NCBI GenBank assembly: GCA_045563015.1
Contig: JBJKUQ010000023.1
Span: forward strand, 5,030-69,029
Length of the DNA: 64,000 nucleotides
Direction: 5' to 3'
DNA from: Alphaproteobacteria bacterium
GTDB lineage: Bacteria; Pseudomonadota; Alphaproteobacteria; Methylaequorales; Methylaequoraceae
Within the stretch, counting starts at the first letter, position 1, and every line of letters starts with the position of its first letter. Below, in pieces: positions 38,774 to 47,166 of the stretch. A model generated the notes under the pieces. The model did not search any database and was not told the DNA's origin. It worked only from the letters and a program-made list of their open reading frames with translations. Position numbers and translations under genes: made by a program.

Positions 38774-38833
38774 GATGGGAAGGTCTAACAACATAATATT
38801 TCCTCCCTTATAAGATAAAGAGACCTTCTCATC
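38774..38833 (-). terminator. long imperfect hairpin (13-bp stem, one mismatch, 34-nt loop) followed by a T-rich tract
   Basis: On the minus strand gatgagaaggtct ... agaccttcccatc, then tttcaaattttt. It starts at the stop codon of the 71-aa ORF. The loop carries GGGAGG-N7-ATG. Confidence 0.35.
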
Positions 38834-39048
38834 TACTTAATATTTTTAATAAATATTACCAATCTGTCAAAATCGTTATCGGAAATCTCTTTATATGAGC
38901 ATCCAAAATTACTTTTAATTACACTGCATATATGAGCATAAGAATTTCTACCTTTTGGGTGTGAGGGGTGAGACCCTAGTTTACCTTTGAGTTGATCACC
39001 ACGATTTTGAATTAATCCCCATAAAAGTTTTCTATTTTTTTCATTCAT
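38833..39048 (-). CDS. hypothetical 71-aa protein
   Basis: ORF with a TAATG junction to the upstream ORF. No family recognised. Confidence 0.4.
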   Translation of the reverse strand: MNEKNRKLLWGLIQNRGDQLKGKLGSHPSHPKGRNSYAHICSVIKSNFGCSYKEISDNDFDRLVIFIKNIK

Positions 39049-39287
39049 TATCTAAAACCAGTGTCAGTTCTCCTTCTTGCCTTTTTTTTTACTCTTTTGA
39101 TTTTTTTTTCTATTAATTTTTTTTTTAAAATATATTTATTTCCTGGCTTTGGTTTTGGTAGTTTTTCAAAAGTTCCATTGCTTCTTATTAAAAAATAATT
39201 GCCATCCTTATCTTTAATAATTTCGTTGGCAGAAACATTAGATATAAGAATAAAAATTAGAAAGATTGTAAAACTTATATTTTTCAT
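39048..39287 (-). CDS. hypothetical small secreted protein with a very basic C-terminal tail
   Basis: Signal peptide (FLIFILISNVSA) followed by a K/R-rich tail. It shares an ATGA overlap with the upstream hydrolase gene. Confidence 0.45.
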   Translation of the reverse strand: MKNISFTIFLIFILISNVSANEIIKDKDGNYFLIRSNGTFEKLPKPKPGNKYILKKKLIEKKIKRVKKKARRRTDTGFR

Positions 39288-40252
39288 TTTTCTAACATAT
39301 GATGAAATTCAGAGTTTTCTAGTTTTTTATACTCATCAGAAAATAGATATTTCTTTTGGCTTTTATTTTTTTTAGAAATCCAAAGCTTTATTTTTTCTGA
39401 AATATGATCGCCATTTATATCTCTAAGCATCATATGATAGCTATCTTTATAAACCAAAAGATTAATTTTTCTTGATTTGTTTATTTCAACTTTAGACTCT
39501 TTCAACAATTCTATCAATGGTTTTCTTGGAACTATTTGATCTTTTATTGGAACTAATATCAGAGTATTATATGAAGGGTTAACAATATAACCTCTTGTAA
39601 TCTTGTAACTATGATCCATGAGTTTAATTATGCCGTAAAGACTTTCTAAGTTTGGTTTGTGAATAAAAAAAGGATCTTTTGAGAGTTGCCTCAATATTTC
39701 AAGGTTGTCTGTTGCTTTTACTTCAATCAAACTATCACCATCAACTTGAAAGTAAGGAAATATTCTTGAAAAAAAATTCATCAAAAAACTTTTTAATGGA
39801 TTTTTTTCTGTAAAGTTCCATATTGCAGGTGCAATTAATATTATACCGTCAATTGGTAAAGATTTTTTTTCAGATATTAGACTTAAAGCAATTGCTCCTC
39901 CCATACTTTCACCTAAAAGATATATTTTTTTTTTAGGGTTTTTTTCTTTCAGTTTAATAATTTCTGATTCTATATCAGTGATTTGAGTATTAACATTAAA
40001 CCAATTACCTCTATTTTTATTTTTACCAAAACCATTCAAATCAAAAGCAAGTGTGCAAACGTTATGCTTTTCTAAAAAAAGTCCGGGCTTTTCAAAAGAA
40101 TTTCCGTAATCATTATAACCGTGTACTGCTAAAATAATTTCCTCACAATTATTTTTATCCCCCCATTCATAGTAAAACTTTTCATTGCTAATTGAATTTC
40201 CAGATAAATTACCTTTGTTACTAGTCATTGAGCAACTACTAAGAAAAAACAA
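39284..40252 (-). CDS. alpha/beta hydrolase (lysophospholipase/monoglyceride lipase-like), probable lipoprotein
   Basis: Nucleophile elbow GESMGG and an HG oxyanion motif (AVHGYND). A lipobox-like FLSSC sits at the N-terminus. It has a TTG start, and the signal peptide may extend upstream. Confidence 0.75.
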   Translation of the reverse strand: MFFLSSCSMTSNKGNLSGNSISNEKFYYEWGDKNNCEEIILAVHGYNDYGNSFEKPGLFLEKHNVCTLAFDLNGFGKNKNRGNWFNVNTQITDIESEIIKLKEKNPKKKIYLLGESMGGAIALSLISEKKSLPIDGIILIAPAIWNFTEKNPLKSFLMNFFSRIFPYFQVDGDSLIEVKATDNLEILRQLSKDPFFIHKPNLESLYGIIKLMDHSYKITRGYIVNPSYNTLILVPIKDQIVPRKPLIELLKESKVEINKSRKINLLVYKDSYHMMLRDINGDHISEKIKLWISKKNKSQKKYLFSDEYKKLENSEFHHMLEK

Positions 40253-40257
40253 AAAAG

Positions 40258-41172
40258 TTAATCTTTTAACAATTTTAAAAATATGTCCTCTAAATCAGAT
40301 TCTTTGGTTGATATATCTTTAAGTTTATAACTTTTGGAAACAAACTCTTTTATTATTTCTGCAGTACTAATCTCACTTTTTTTGAATCTAAGAATAATTT
40401 TTTTACCTATTTTTTTTATGCAATATTTTATAATTTTTTTAGGTATTGATTTTACAGGTTCAGAAAGTTCTATAATTAGCTCTTTTTCATCAAGCAAGCT
40501 TAATAAATTAATTTTTTTATCACAGGCGATCACTTTACCCTTATTTATTACTGCTATATTATCGCATAAAATTTCAGCTTCTTTCAGGTAGTGTGTTGTT
40601 AAAATAATTGTAACACCTTTTTTATTCAGTTTTCTTATATAAGACCATAAATTTTTCCTTAGCTCCACATCAACGCCTGCCGTTGGTTCATCAAGTATTA
40701 ACAAAGGAGGGTTATGTACCATTGCTTTTGCAACCATCAACCTTCTTTTCATTCCCCCTGACAGACTCCTGGAATATGAATTAGCTTTTTCATGTAAATC
40801 CAGATTCCTTAAGATTTCATTATTAATATTATTCTTACTATTGACTCCGTACATCCCAGCTTGGATATTCATTATTTCTATTGGTGAAAAAAATGGGTCA
40901 ATATTTATCTCTTGAGGAACAACACCAATATTTCCTTTGATAGTTTTTGGATCTGAATCAAGGTCAATACCACAAACATTTACTTTACCAGATGATTTGT
41001 TAGATAATCCTGATAGAATATTTATAAAAGTACTTTTCCCTGCACCATTGGGCCCTAATAAACCAAATATACAACCTTCTTCAATAGATAAATTTACATT
41101 ATCCAGAGCTAAGTTTTCATTTTTGCCATATTTTTTAGTTAAAGCTATAACATCAATAATTTTATTTTTCAT
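40258..41172 (-). CDS. ABC transporter ATP-binding protein (ABC-2/YadG-like)
   Basis: Walker A GPNGAGKST, signature LSGGMKRR and Walker B LLILDEP. No permease gene is adjacent. Confidence 0.9.
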   Translation of the reverse strand: MKNKIIDVIALTKKYGKNENLALDNVNLSIEEGCIFGLLGPNGAGKSTFINILSGLSNKSSGKVNVCGIDLDSDPKTIKGNIGVVPQEINIDPFFSPIEIMNIQAGMYGVNSKNNINNEILRNLDLHEKANSYSRSLSGGMKRRLMVAKAMVHNPPLLILDEPTAGVDVELRKNLWSYIRKLNKKGVTIILTTHYLKEAEILCDNIAVINKGKVIACDKKINLLSLLDEKELIIELSEPVKSIPKKIIKYCIKKIGKKIILRFKKSEISTAEIIKEFVSKSYKLKDISTKESDLEDIFLKLLKD

Positions 41173-41226
41173 TTTTTTAGAATATAGTTATATTTGAATT
41201 AGAATATATTGTAATTAATTTTTTAT

Positions 41227-41388
41227 ATGTCTCTTAATTTTATGAATAATTTAAAGTTAATCGAAGAAAATACAGTTAGCTGTCAAGGTAAAGAATCTTT
41301 TGACTCACACCCTAGAGTATATTTAGATCTTTCAAAAGGTGATGTTGTAATTTGTCCATACTGCAATGAAAAATTCAAAAAAAAATGA
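41227..41388 (+). CDS. zinc-finger (CHCC-type, NDUFS6-like) small protein; not in the ORF track (53 aa)
   Basis: The translation ends ...SHPRVYLDLSKGDVVICPYCNEKF, the HPRV...CPYC signature of zf-CHCC proteins. Its TGA overlaps the polA ATG (ATGA). Confidence 0.65.
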   Translation: MSLNFMNNLKLIEENTVSCQGKESFDSHPRVYLDLSKGDVVICPYCNEKFKKK

Positions 41389-44174
41389 AAAGTTCTGATA
41401 ATGAGAAACTAGTACTCGTTGATGGATCGGGGTATATCTTTAGAGCATATTATGCTCTACCTCCAATGAATAGGTCAGATGGGTTGCCGGTTAACGCTGT
41501 TTTTGGGTTTTGTAACATGCTTCTTAAATTAATAGAGGAAATTCAAATTGAGAATGAGGGTAACGTCTCAATTGCTGTTATTTTTGATGCTGCAAGAAAA
41601 ACATTTAGAAATGAGATTTATCCAAATTACAAAGCAAATAGATCTGATCCTCCGGATGATCTTAAGCCTCAATTTGAAATAATTAAAAATGTTCCAAATT
41701 TCTTTAATTTGCAATCAATTCAACTTAAAGGTTTTGAAGCGGATGATTTAATAGCATCATATGCAAAAATTGCCAATGAAAACGGCAAAAATGTAACAAT
41801 AATTTCTTCGGATAAAGATTTGATGCAACTAATAAATGACAATACCACAATGATAGATCCTTTAAAAAAGAAGGAAATTTCAAAGGAAAATGTTCTTGAA
41901 AAGTTTGGTGTATACCCAGAAAAAGTTATTGAAGTTCAATCTTTGGCAGGTGACTCCTCTGACAATATTCCTGGTGCACCTGGAATTGGTCCAAAGATAG
42001 CATCCCAACTCATTAATGAGTATAATACTGTAGAAAACTTATTGGCCAATACACAGCATATAAAACAAGAAAAAAGAAGGTTATCTCTTGAGGAAAATAA
42101 AGACCTTATAATGATTTCTAAAAAACTTGTAACATTAAAAAATGATGTAGAGTTACCATTGCCAATTGAAGATTTAAATTTCAAACCGATGGAGGTTAAA
42201 AAGTTAATAGAATTTTTAGATGAAATGGAATTTAATAAGATTAAGTCAAACGTTATTTCTAGGTTTGGAATCAAATCAACTGACTATAAAAACAAAGAAG
42301 ATACGAAAGATATAAAAAAAATTGGCAACTATTTGGCGATTAATCAAAATCCAATAGAAAAAAAAAACTACGAATTGATTGATAATTATAGTGATTTAAA
42401 AGTATGGTGTAGCTTGATTGAGGAGGTCGGGACTGTTGCAGTAGATTGTGAAACAAACTCTTTGAATGCTGTTGATGCTAGCATTGTTGGTTTCTCAATG
42501 TCACTTGAAAAGAGTAAATCCTGTTATATCCCCCTAGGTCACTTAGGTAAAAAAATAAAGCAAATAAATCTTGATGATTTTATTTCATTAATAAAACCGA
42601 TTTTAGAAGATTCATCAATATTGAAGATTGGTCAAAATATTAAGTATGACTTTATTATCATGAAAAACTTGGGAATTAGAGTGGTTAATATGGATGATAC
42701 TATGCTTATGTCCTATGTTTTAAGAACAGGTTTTAGAGGACATAATTTAGATGAACTGTCTTCAGATTTTTTGTCACATAATACTCAAAAGTTTTCAGAT
42801 GTTACAACAGTTGAAAAAAAAAAGATTTCTTTTGCAGAAGTTGATTTAGAATCTGCTTTAAATTATGCAGCAGAAGATTCTGATGTAACTTTTCGTCTAT
42901 GGGAAATACTTAAAATTGAGCTTATAAAAAATAAGTTATACGATTTTTATTCTTATGTTGAGAAACCTTTAATTGAAATAATTGCTATGATGGAGATTAA
43001 TGGGTGTAAAATAGATAATGATCAGTTGGTGAATTTAACAAAACAGTTTTCTGAGAGAATTTGTTCAATAGAAAAAAAAATTTTTGATATATCAGATACT
43101 AACTTTAATATTGGGTCTCCCAAACAATTAGGGGAAGTCTTATTTTTGCACATGAAATTGCCCTATGGTAAAAAAGGAAAAAGTGGGAATTTTCGGACTG
43201 ATGTAAAAATACTTGAAAAACTCAAATCGGAAAAAATTGAAATTGCTAGCTTAATTCTTGATTGGAGACATTTTTCTAAATTAAAGAATACTTATTGCGA
43301 AGGTCTTCTTTCAAGAGAGAGTAAAAAAACTTCTCGTATCCATACTTCTTATGGAATGGCAAGTACATTGACAGGCAGACTATCCTCTAATGATCCAAAT
43401 TTGCAAAATATTCCTATTAAAACAAGTGAAGGTAGGCAAATAAGAAAAGCTTTTATATCTGATCCAAATTTTCAAATTGTGTCTTTTGATTATTCACAAA
43501 TTGAACTAAGAATACTTGCGCATGTTGCTAACGTTAATTCTTTAATAGATGCATTCTCAAATAACCAAGATATTCATAGTGTTACAGCAATGGACGTTTT
43601 TAGTGTAAAAAAAGATCAAGTTACCTCAGAACTGAGGAGAAAAGCTAAAACAATTAACTTTGGTATTATATATGGAATTTCACCATATGGATTAGCAAAT
43701 CAATTGGACATAGCAAACTCAGAGGCTAAAGAGTACATAGAAAATTATTTTTCAAGATACCCTGGAATTAGGGAATACATGAATGAAACGATTGAGGGTT
43801 GCAGAGAAAATGGTTTTGTAAAAACTCCATTTGGGCGAAGAATTTTCATTCCTTTTATTAATGATAAAACTGCTGCTCGAAGAAATTTTGCTGAACGTTC
43901 ATCAATTAATGCTCCAATACAAGGTGGAGCTGCAGATTTAATAAAACTAGTTATGCCAAAGGTTTTTGACTTTTTATGTGAAAAAAAACTAAAAACAAGA
44001 ATGCTTATTCAAGTACATGATGAGTTAATTTTTGAAGTACCCAATTCAGAAATGAATGAAATAAAGGATCAAATTCCAAAAATTATGACAACTTCATATA
44101 AAGATTATCTTAATTTAAAAGTTCCAATTGTAGTTGATACAGGTTATGGAAATAATTGGGACGATGCTAATTAA
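41385..44174 (+). CDS. polA: DNA polymerase I
   Basis: 5'-nuclease, 3'-5' exonuclease and polymerase domains. Motif A DYSQIELR, motif B RRKAKTINFGIIYG, motif C QVHDE. Confidence 0.97.
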   Translation: MKSSDNEKLVLVDGSGYIFRAYYALPPMNRSDGLPVNAVFGFCNMLLKLIEEIQIENEGNVSIAVIFDAARKTFRNEIYPNYKANRSDPPDDLKPQFEIIKNVPNFFNLQSIQLKGFEADDLIASYAKIANENGKNVTIISSDKDLMQLINDNTTMIDPLKKKEISKENVLEKFGVYPEKVIEVQSLAGDSSDNIPGAPGIGPKIASQLINEYNTVENLLANTQHIKQEKRRLSLEENKDLIMISKKLVTLKNDVELPLPIEDLNFKPMEVKKLIEFLDEMEFNKIKSNVISRFGIKSTDYKNKEDTKDIKKIGNYLAINQNPIEKKNYELIDNYSDLKVWCSLIEEVGTVAVDCETNSLNAVDASIVGFSMSLEKSKSCYIPLGHLGKKIKQINLDDFISLIKPILEDSSILKIGQNIKYDFIIMKNLGIRVVNMDDTMLMSYVLRTGFRGHNLDELSSDFLSHNTQKFSDVTTVEKKKISFAEVDLESALNYAAEDSDVTFRLWEILKIELIKNKLYDFYSYVEKPLIEIIAMMEINGCKIDNDQLVNLTKQFSERICSIEKKIFDISDTNFNIGSPKQLGEVLFLHMKLPYGKKGKSGNFRTDVKILEKLKSEKIEIASLILDWRHFSKLKNTYCEGLLSRESKKTSRIHTSYGMASTLTGRLSSNDPNLQNIPIKTSEGRQIRKAFISDPNFQIVSFDYSQIELRILAHVANVNSLIDAFSNNQDIHSVTAMDVFSVKKDQVTSELRRKAKTINFGIIYGISPYGLANQLDIANSEAKEYIENYFSRYPGIREYMNETIEGCRENGFVKTPFGRRIFIPFINDKTAARRNFAERSSINAPIQGGAADLIKLVMPKVFDFLCEKKLKTRMLIQVHDELIFEVPNSEMNEIKDQIPKIMTTSYKDYLNLKVPIVVDTGYGNNWDDAN

Positions 44175-44967
44175 ATTTACTTATAGATTTTTTATGTAAG
44201 CTAACGAACATTCCTCGTAATTTTTTTGCATCAGTTAATTCTTTTTCAAAATAAAATCTTGATAGTAAATTTCTTTTTCTAAGATCAAACCCATCGGGAT
44301 CGACCCCAGTTATTCTCCATTTACCATTACGCTCTTTTGCTGATAATTGATCAGTCATTAGTTTATTAACATATAGATGAATACTTTTGGTGTGATGGCT
44401 ATTCATGTGGTCAATGATGTCAGTCTCCATTTCCTGAAAATTTACAAATTTATTAGAAACTAGTTCTTGATATTTAAACCATTTTACATGAGCAAAGCCT
44501 CCAATTAGGTGAGCACTCTTAACATTCATTTTGTAAATATTCATATCCTTAAAATTAGCATAAAGTGAGGATACGGGATGTCTAGATAAAAACCTTTTCT
44601 TATGATTTTTATTAGTAGATTTCTTGATTTTACCAATAAGAGTTACTCTTGGCCTAGACATAGGATCTTCATATTCAAGCTTAATCTTGTTAAATTTTGG
44701 AAATAATTCATGAAGTTTCTTGTCCTCGCTTAACATAATAGAGGCTGAAGAATCCTCTAAAATGTTAGTCGTATGTTCAGATAGATCTGACAGTAAAATT
44801 ATTGGTGATAAATCGTAATCAAATGCAGTAAGTGTGAAAGTACTGTAGGGGAAAGTGTTACGCATGGTGGTGTTGATTTTGTCAAAGTTCTTAGGGTTAA
44901 AATTAGTTGCTAAAAAACCTTTTTGTGCTGATCTTATGAGCTGCCTAGTAATAAAATTAATCTTCAT
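44167..44967 (-). CDS. PNPOx-like FMN-binding split-barrel protein with a DUF2470 C-terminal domain (HugZ-like)
   Basis: N-terminal GFLAT pattern and C-terminal IIDHMNSHH...ITGVDPDGFDLR typical of DUF2470. Confidence 0.55.
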   Translation of the reverse strand: MKINFITRQLIRSAQKGFLATNFNPKNFDKINTTMRNTFPYSTFTLTAFDYDLSPIILLSDLSEHTTNILEDSSASIMLSEDKKLHELFPKFNKIKLEYEDPMSRPRVTLIGKIKKSTNKNHKKRFLSRHPVSSLYANFKDMNIYKMNVKSAHLIGGFAHVKWFKYQELVSNKFVNFQEMETDIIDHMNSHHTKSIHLYVNKLMTDQLSAKERNGKWRITGVDPDGFDLRKRNLLSRFYFEKELTDAKKLRGMFVSLHKKSISKFN

Positions 44968-45005
44968 ATATTTACAAATTTTGATTTATATGTACTAGTT
45001 ATTAG

Positions 45006-45479
45006 ATGTTCATAATAAAACAAAAAGTCAATTCTATATTTTTTTTATTTTTAATATTTTTAGTACCATTTTTATTGTACTCAAATGAGTCTGGGGACAT
45101 AGCTTTGCATGGGGGATATGCTTTTGAAACTAGTAAAAAACAAAAAAATGCAGCTCTTTATATAAGCTTTTTTAATAATTCAAATAAGGATATATTTATC
45201 AATTCATTTAGTACAAAAGTGGCTAATAAAACAGAACTTCACGATGTGAAGATGGAGAATGATATTTTAAAAATGTTTCCGTTACAGGACATTAAAATTA
45301 AAGCAAAAAGTGAATTATTTCTTCAGCCTGGTGGAAAACATATAATGCTTTTTGATTTAAATAGAAAACTAAACGATAAAGAAGATTTTACTTTAAACGT
45401 GCACTTAAAAGATGGGAGAGTGCTAAAGACAAAAATAATGATCTTGAGTAAGGAATTGAGGAAAAATTTTTTAAATTAG
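45006..45479 (+). CDS. periplasmic copper chaperone PCu(A)C (DUF461)
   Basis: Signal peptide, ELHDVKMEN...M and the PGGKHIMLFDL motif. Confidence 0.75.
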   Translation: MFIIKQKVNSIFFLFLIFLVPFLLYSNESGDIALHGGYAFETSKKQKNAALYISFFNNSNKDIFINSFSTKVANKTELHDVKMENDILKMFPLQDIKIKAKSELFLQPGGKHIMLFDLNRKLNDKEDFTLNVHLKDGRVLKTKIMILSKELRKNFLN

Positions 45480-45483
45480 TATT

Positions 45484-45912
45484 ATGAAATCAAAAAGATT
45501 ACACTCAACTTCAATAGTTATTGAAGATATTGGGGTGCTTATAATTGGTGAACCCGGTGCTGGAAAGTCAGATTTAGCAATGCGCCTTATAGATTCTGGT
45601 GCAACATTAATTTCAGATGACTTAACAATTTGTAAAAAAATTAATAATTCAATATTATATTTATATACTCCTCCCGAAATCAAGGGTCTTATTGAAATTA
45701 AAGAAGAGGGTTTGTTAACGGTACCATATATAGATGGAATAAAGTTGTCATTAGTTGTTGAATTATCAAATGATAATGTCTCAGATCAATCTGAGAATTG
45801 TAGTTGTAAAATTATGGGTGTTAGAATACCTAAAATAATAGTAAATTCCAAAAGTTCAGAATTAGCAGCTAATGTAAAAATTAAACTGAATAAAATGAGA
45901 CATTATGCCTAA
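45484..45912 (+). CDS. hprK: short HPr kinase/phosphorylase (C-terminal catalytic domain only)
   Basis: LHSTSI...GVLIIGEPGAGKSDLA..L...GATLISDD. 142 aa, as in the alphaproteobacterial short HprK. Confidence 0.88.
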   Translation: MKSKRLHSTSIVIEDIGVLIIGEPGAGKSDLAMRLIDSGATLISDDLTICKKINNSILYLYTPPEIKGLIEIKEEGLLTVPYIDGIKLSLVVELSNDNVSDQSENCSCKIMGVRIPKIIVNSKSSELAANVKIKLNKMRHYA

Positions 45913-46747
45913 AAGAATTCTAATTATTACAGGTTTGTCTGGAGCTGGGAGAACCTCTGCACTCAAAATCTTAGAGGATTTTGGTTTTGAAGCAATTGAC
46001 AATCTTCCTTTTTTTTTATTATCTAATATAATTCAAAGTAATATAAAAAAAAACCTTGCGGTTGGAATTGATATAAGAAGTAGAGATTTTGATGCAAAGA
46101 AAATGATAAAACTTATTAAAGGTAAAAAAAAAATTGATATTTCTGTTGTATTTTTTGATTGTGATGATCAAAAATTAATTAATAGATTTAAAGAGAGTAG
46201 AAGACTACATCCTTTAAAACTAGATCTTCCAATAGGCGATATAATTGATAGAGAAAGAATATGGCTAGCTCCACTAAAGCAAATAAGTAATTATTACATA
46301 AATACCACTGACCTATCTATTAATCTCCTGAGAAAAAAAATTAGGGCTTTATTTCACAAAAATATTTCAGTTAAGACAGCTATAAGGATTATATCTTTTG
46401 GATATAAAAATGGTTTGCCAAGGGAAGCAGATTTTGTTTTTGATATGAGATTCCTTAAAAATCCGTTCTATTTTAAAAAATTAAAAAATCTTAATGGCAA
46501 AGATAAAGAAATTGTAAAATTTGTTAAAAACCAGAAGTATTTTGAGTCCTTTTTTGATAAAATTAACAACGTGATGCCTGAAATATTGAATGGTTTTAAA
46601 GATGAAGGCAAAGACTATATAACGATAGCGTTTGGTTGTACAGGAGGAATACATAGATCTGTGGTTAGTTCAGACAATTTTTATTCTCTTTTTAAAGATA
46701 ATAAAGATTTTGAAGTATTCATTGATCATAGGGATTTAAAAAAATGA
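45905..46747 (+). CDS. rapZ: RNase adapter / nucleotide-binding protein RapZ (YhbJ)
   Basis: Walker A ITGLSGAGRTSA followed by FEAIDNLP, and the C-terminal GCTGGIHRS. Confidence 0.92.
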   Translation: MPKRILIITGLSGAGRTSALKILEDFGFEAIDNLPFFLLSNIIQSNIKKNLAVGIDIRSRDFDAKKMIKLIKGKKKIDISVVFFDCDDQKLINRFKESRRLHPLKLDLPIGDIIDRERIWLAPLKQISNYYINTTDLSINLLRKKIRALFHKNISVKTAIRIISFGYKNGLPREADFVFDMRFLKNPFYFKKLKNLNGKDKEIVKFVKNQKYFESFFDKINNVMPEILNGFKDEGKDYITIAFGCTGGIHRSVVSSDNFYSLFKDNKDFEVFIDHRDLKK

Positions 46748-47166
46748 TTGGTATAGTTATAGTAAGTCATTCAAATATTTCCAAGGAGTTTCTAGTTGCT
46801 TTAGAACATATTGTTGGTAAACAAGATAATATGATTGCAATTTCAATTTTACCTAGTGATGACGTTGAAGCAAAACGCAATGAAATAATTGAAGCTGTTA
46901 AAAAGGTAAATAAAAATAAGGGTGTAATTATTTTAACAGATATGTTTGGTGGCACCCCTTCAAATTTAGCTATATCAGTGATGGAAGAAGAAAAAGTTGA
47001 AGTTGTCGCAGGTGTAAATTTGCCAATGTTAATAAAAATTTCTTCGCTCAGAAATGAATGTGAAATTAAAGAATTAATAAAAATTTCCCAAGAGTCTGGA
47101 AGAAAGTACATGAATGTAGCTTCTGCTTTCTTCGGAGAATCAAACAGTTGCAAGAAAAAAAATTAG
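46744..47166 (+). CDS. PTS EIIA component, mannose/fructose family
   Basis: MIGIVIVSHS (phosphorylatable His) ...ILTDMFGGTPSN. Confidence 0.88.
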   Translation: MIGIVIVSHSNISKEFLVALEHIVGKQDNMIAISILPSDDVEAKRNEIIEAVKKVNKNKGVIILTDMFGGTPSNLAISVMEEEKVEVVAGVNLPMLIKISSLRNECEIKELIKISQESGRKYMNVASAFFGESNSCKKKN

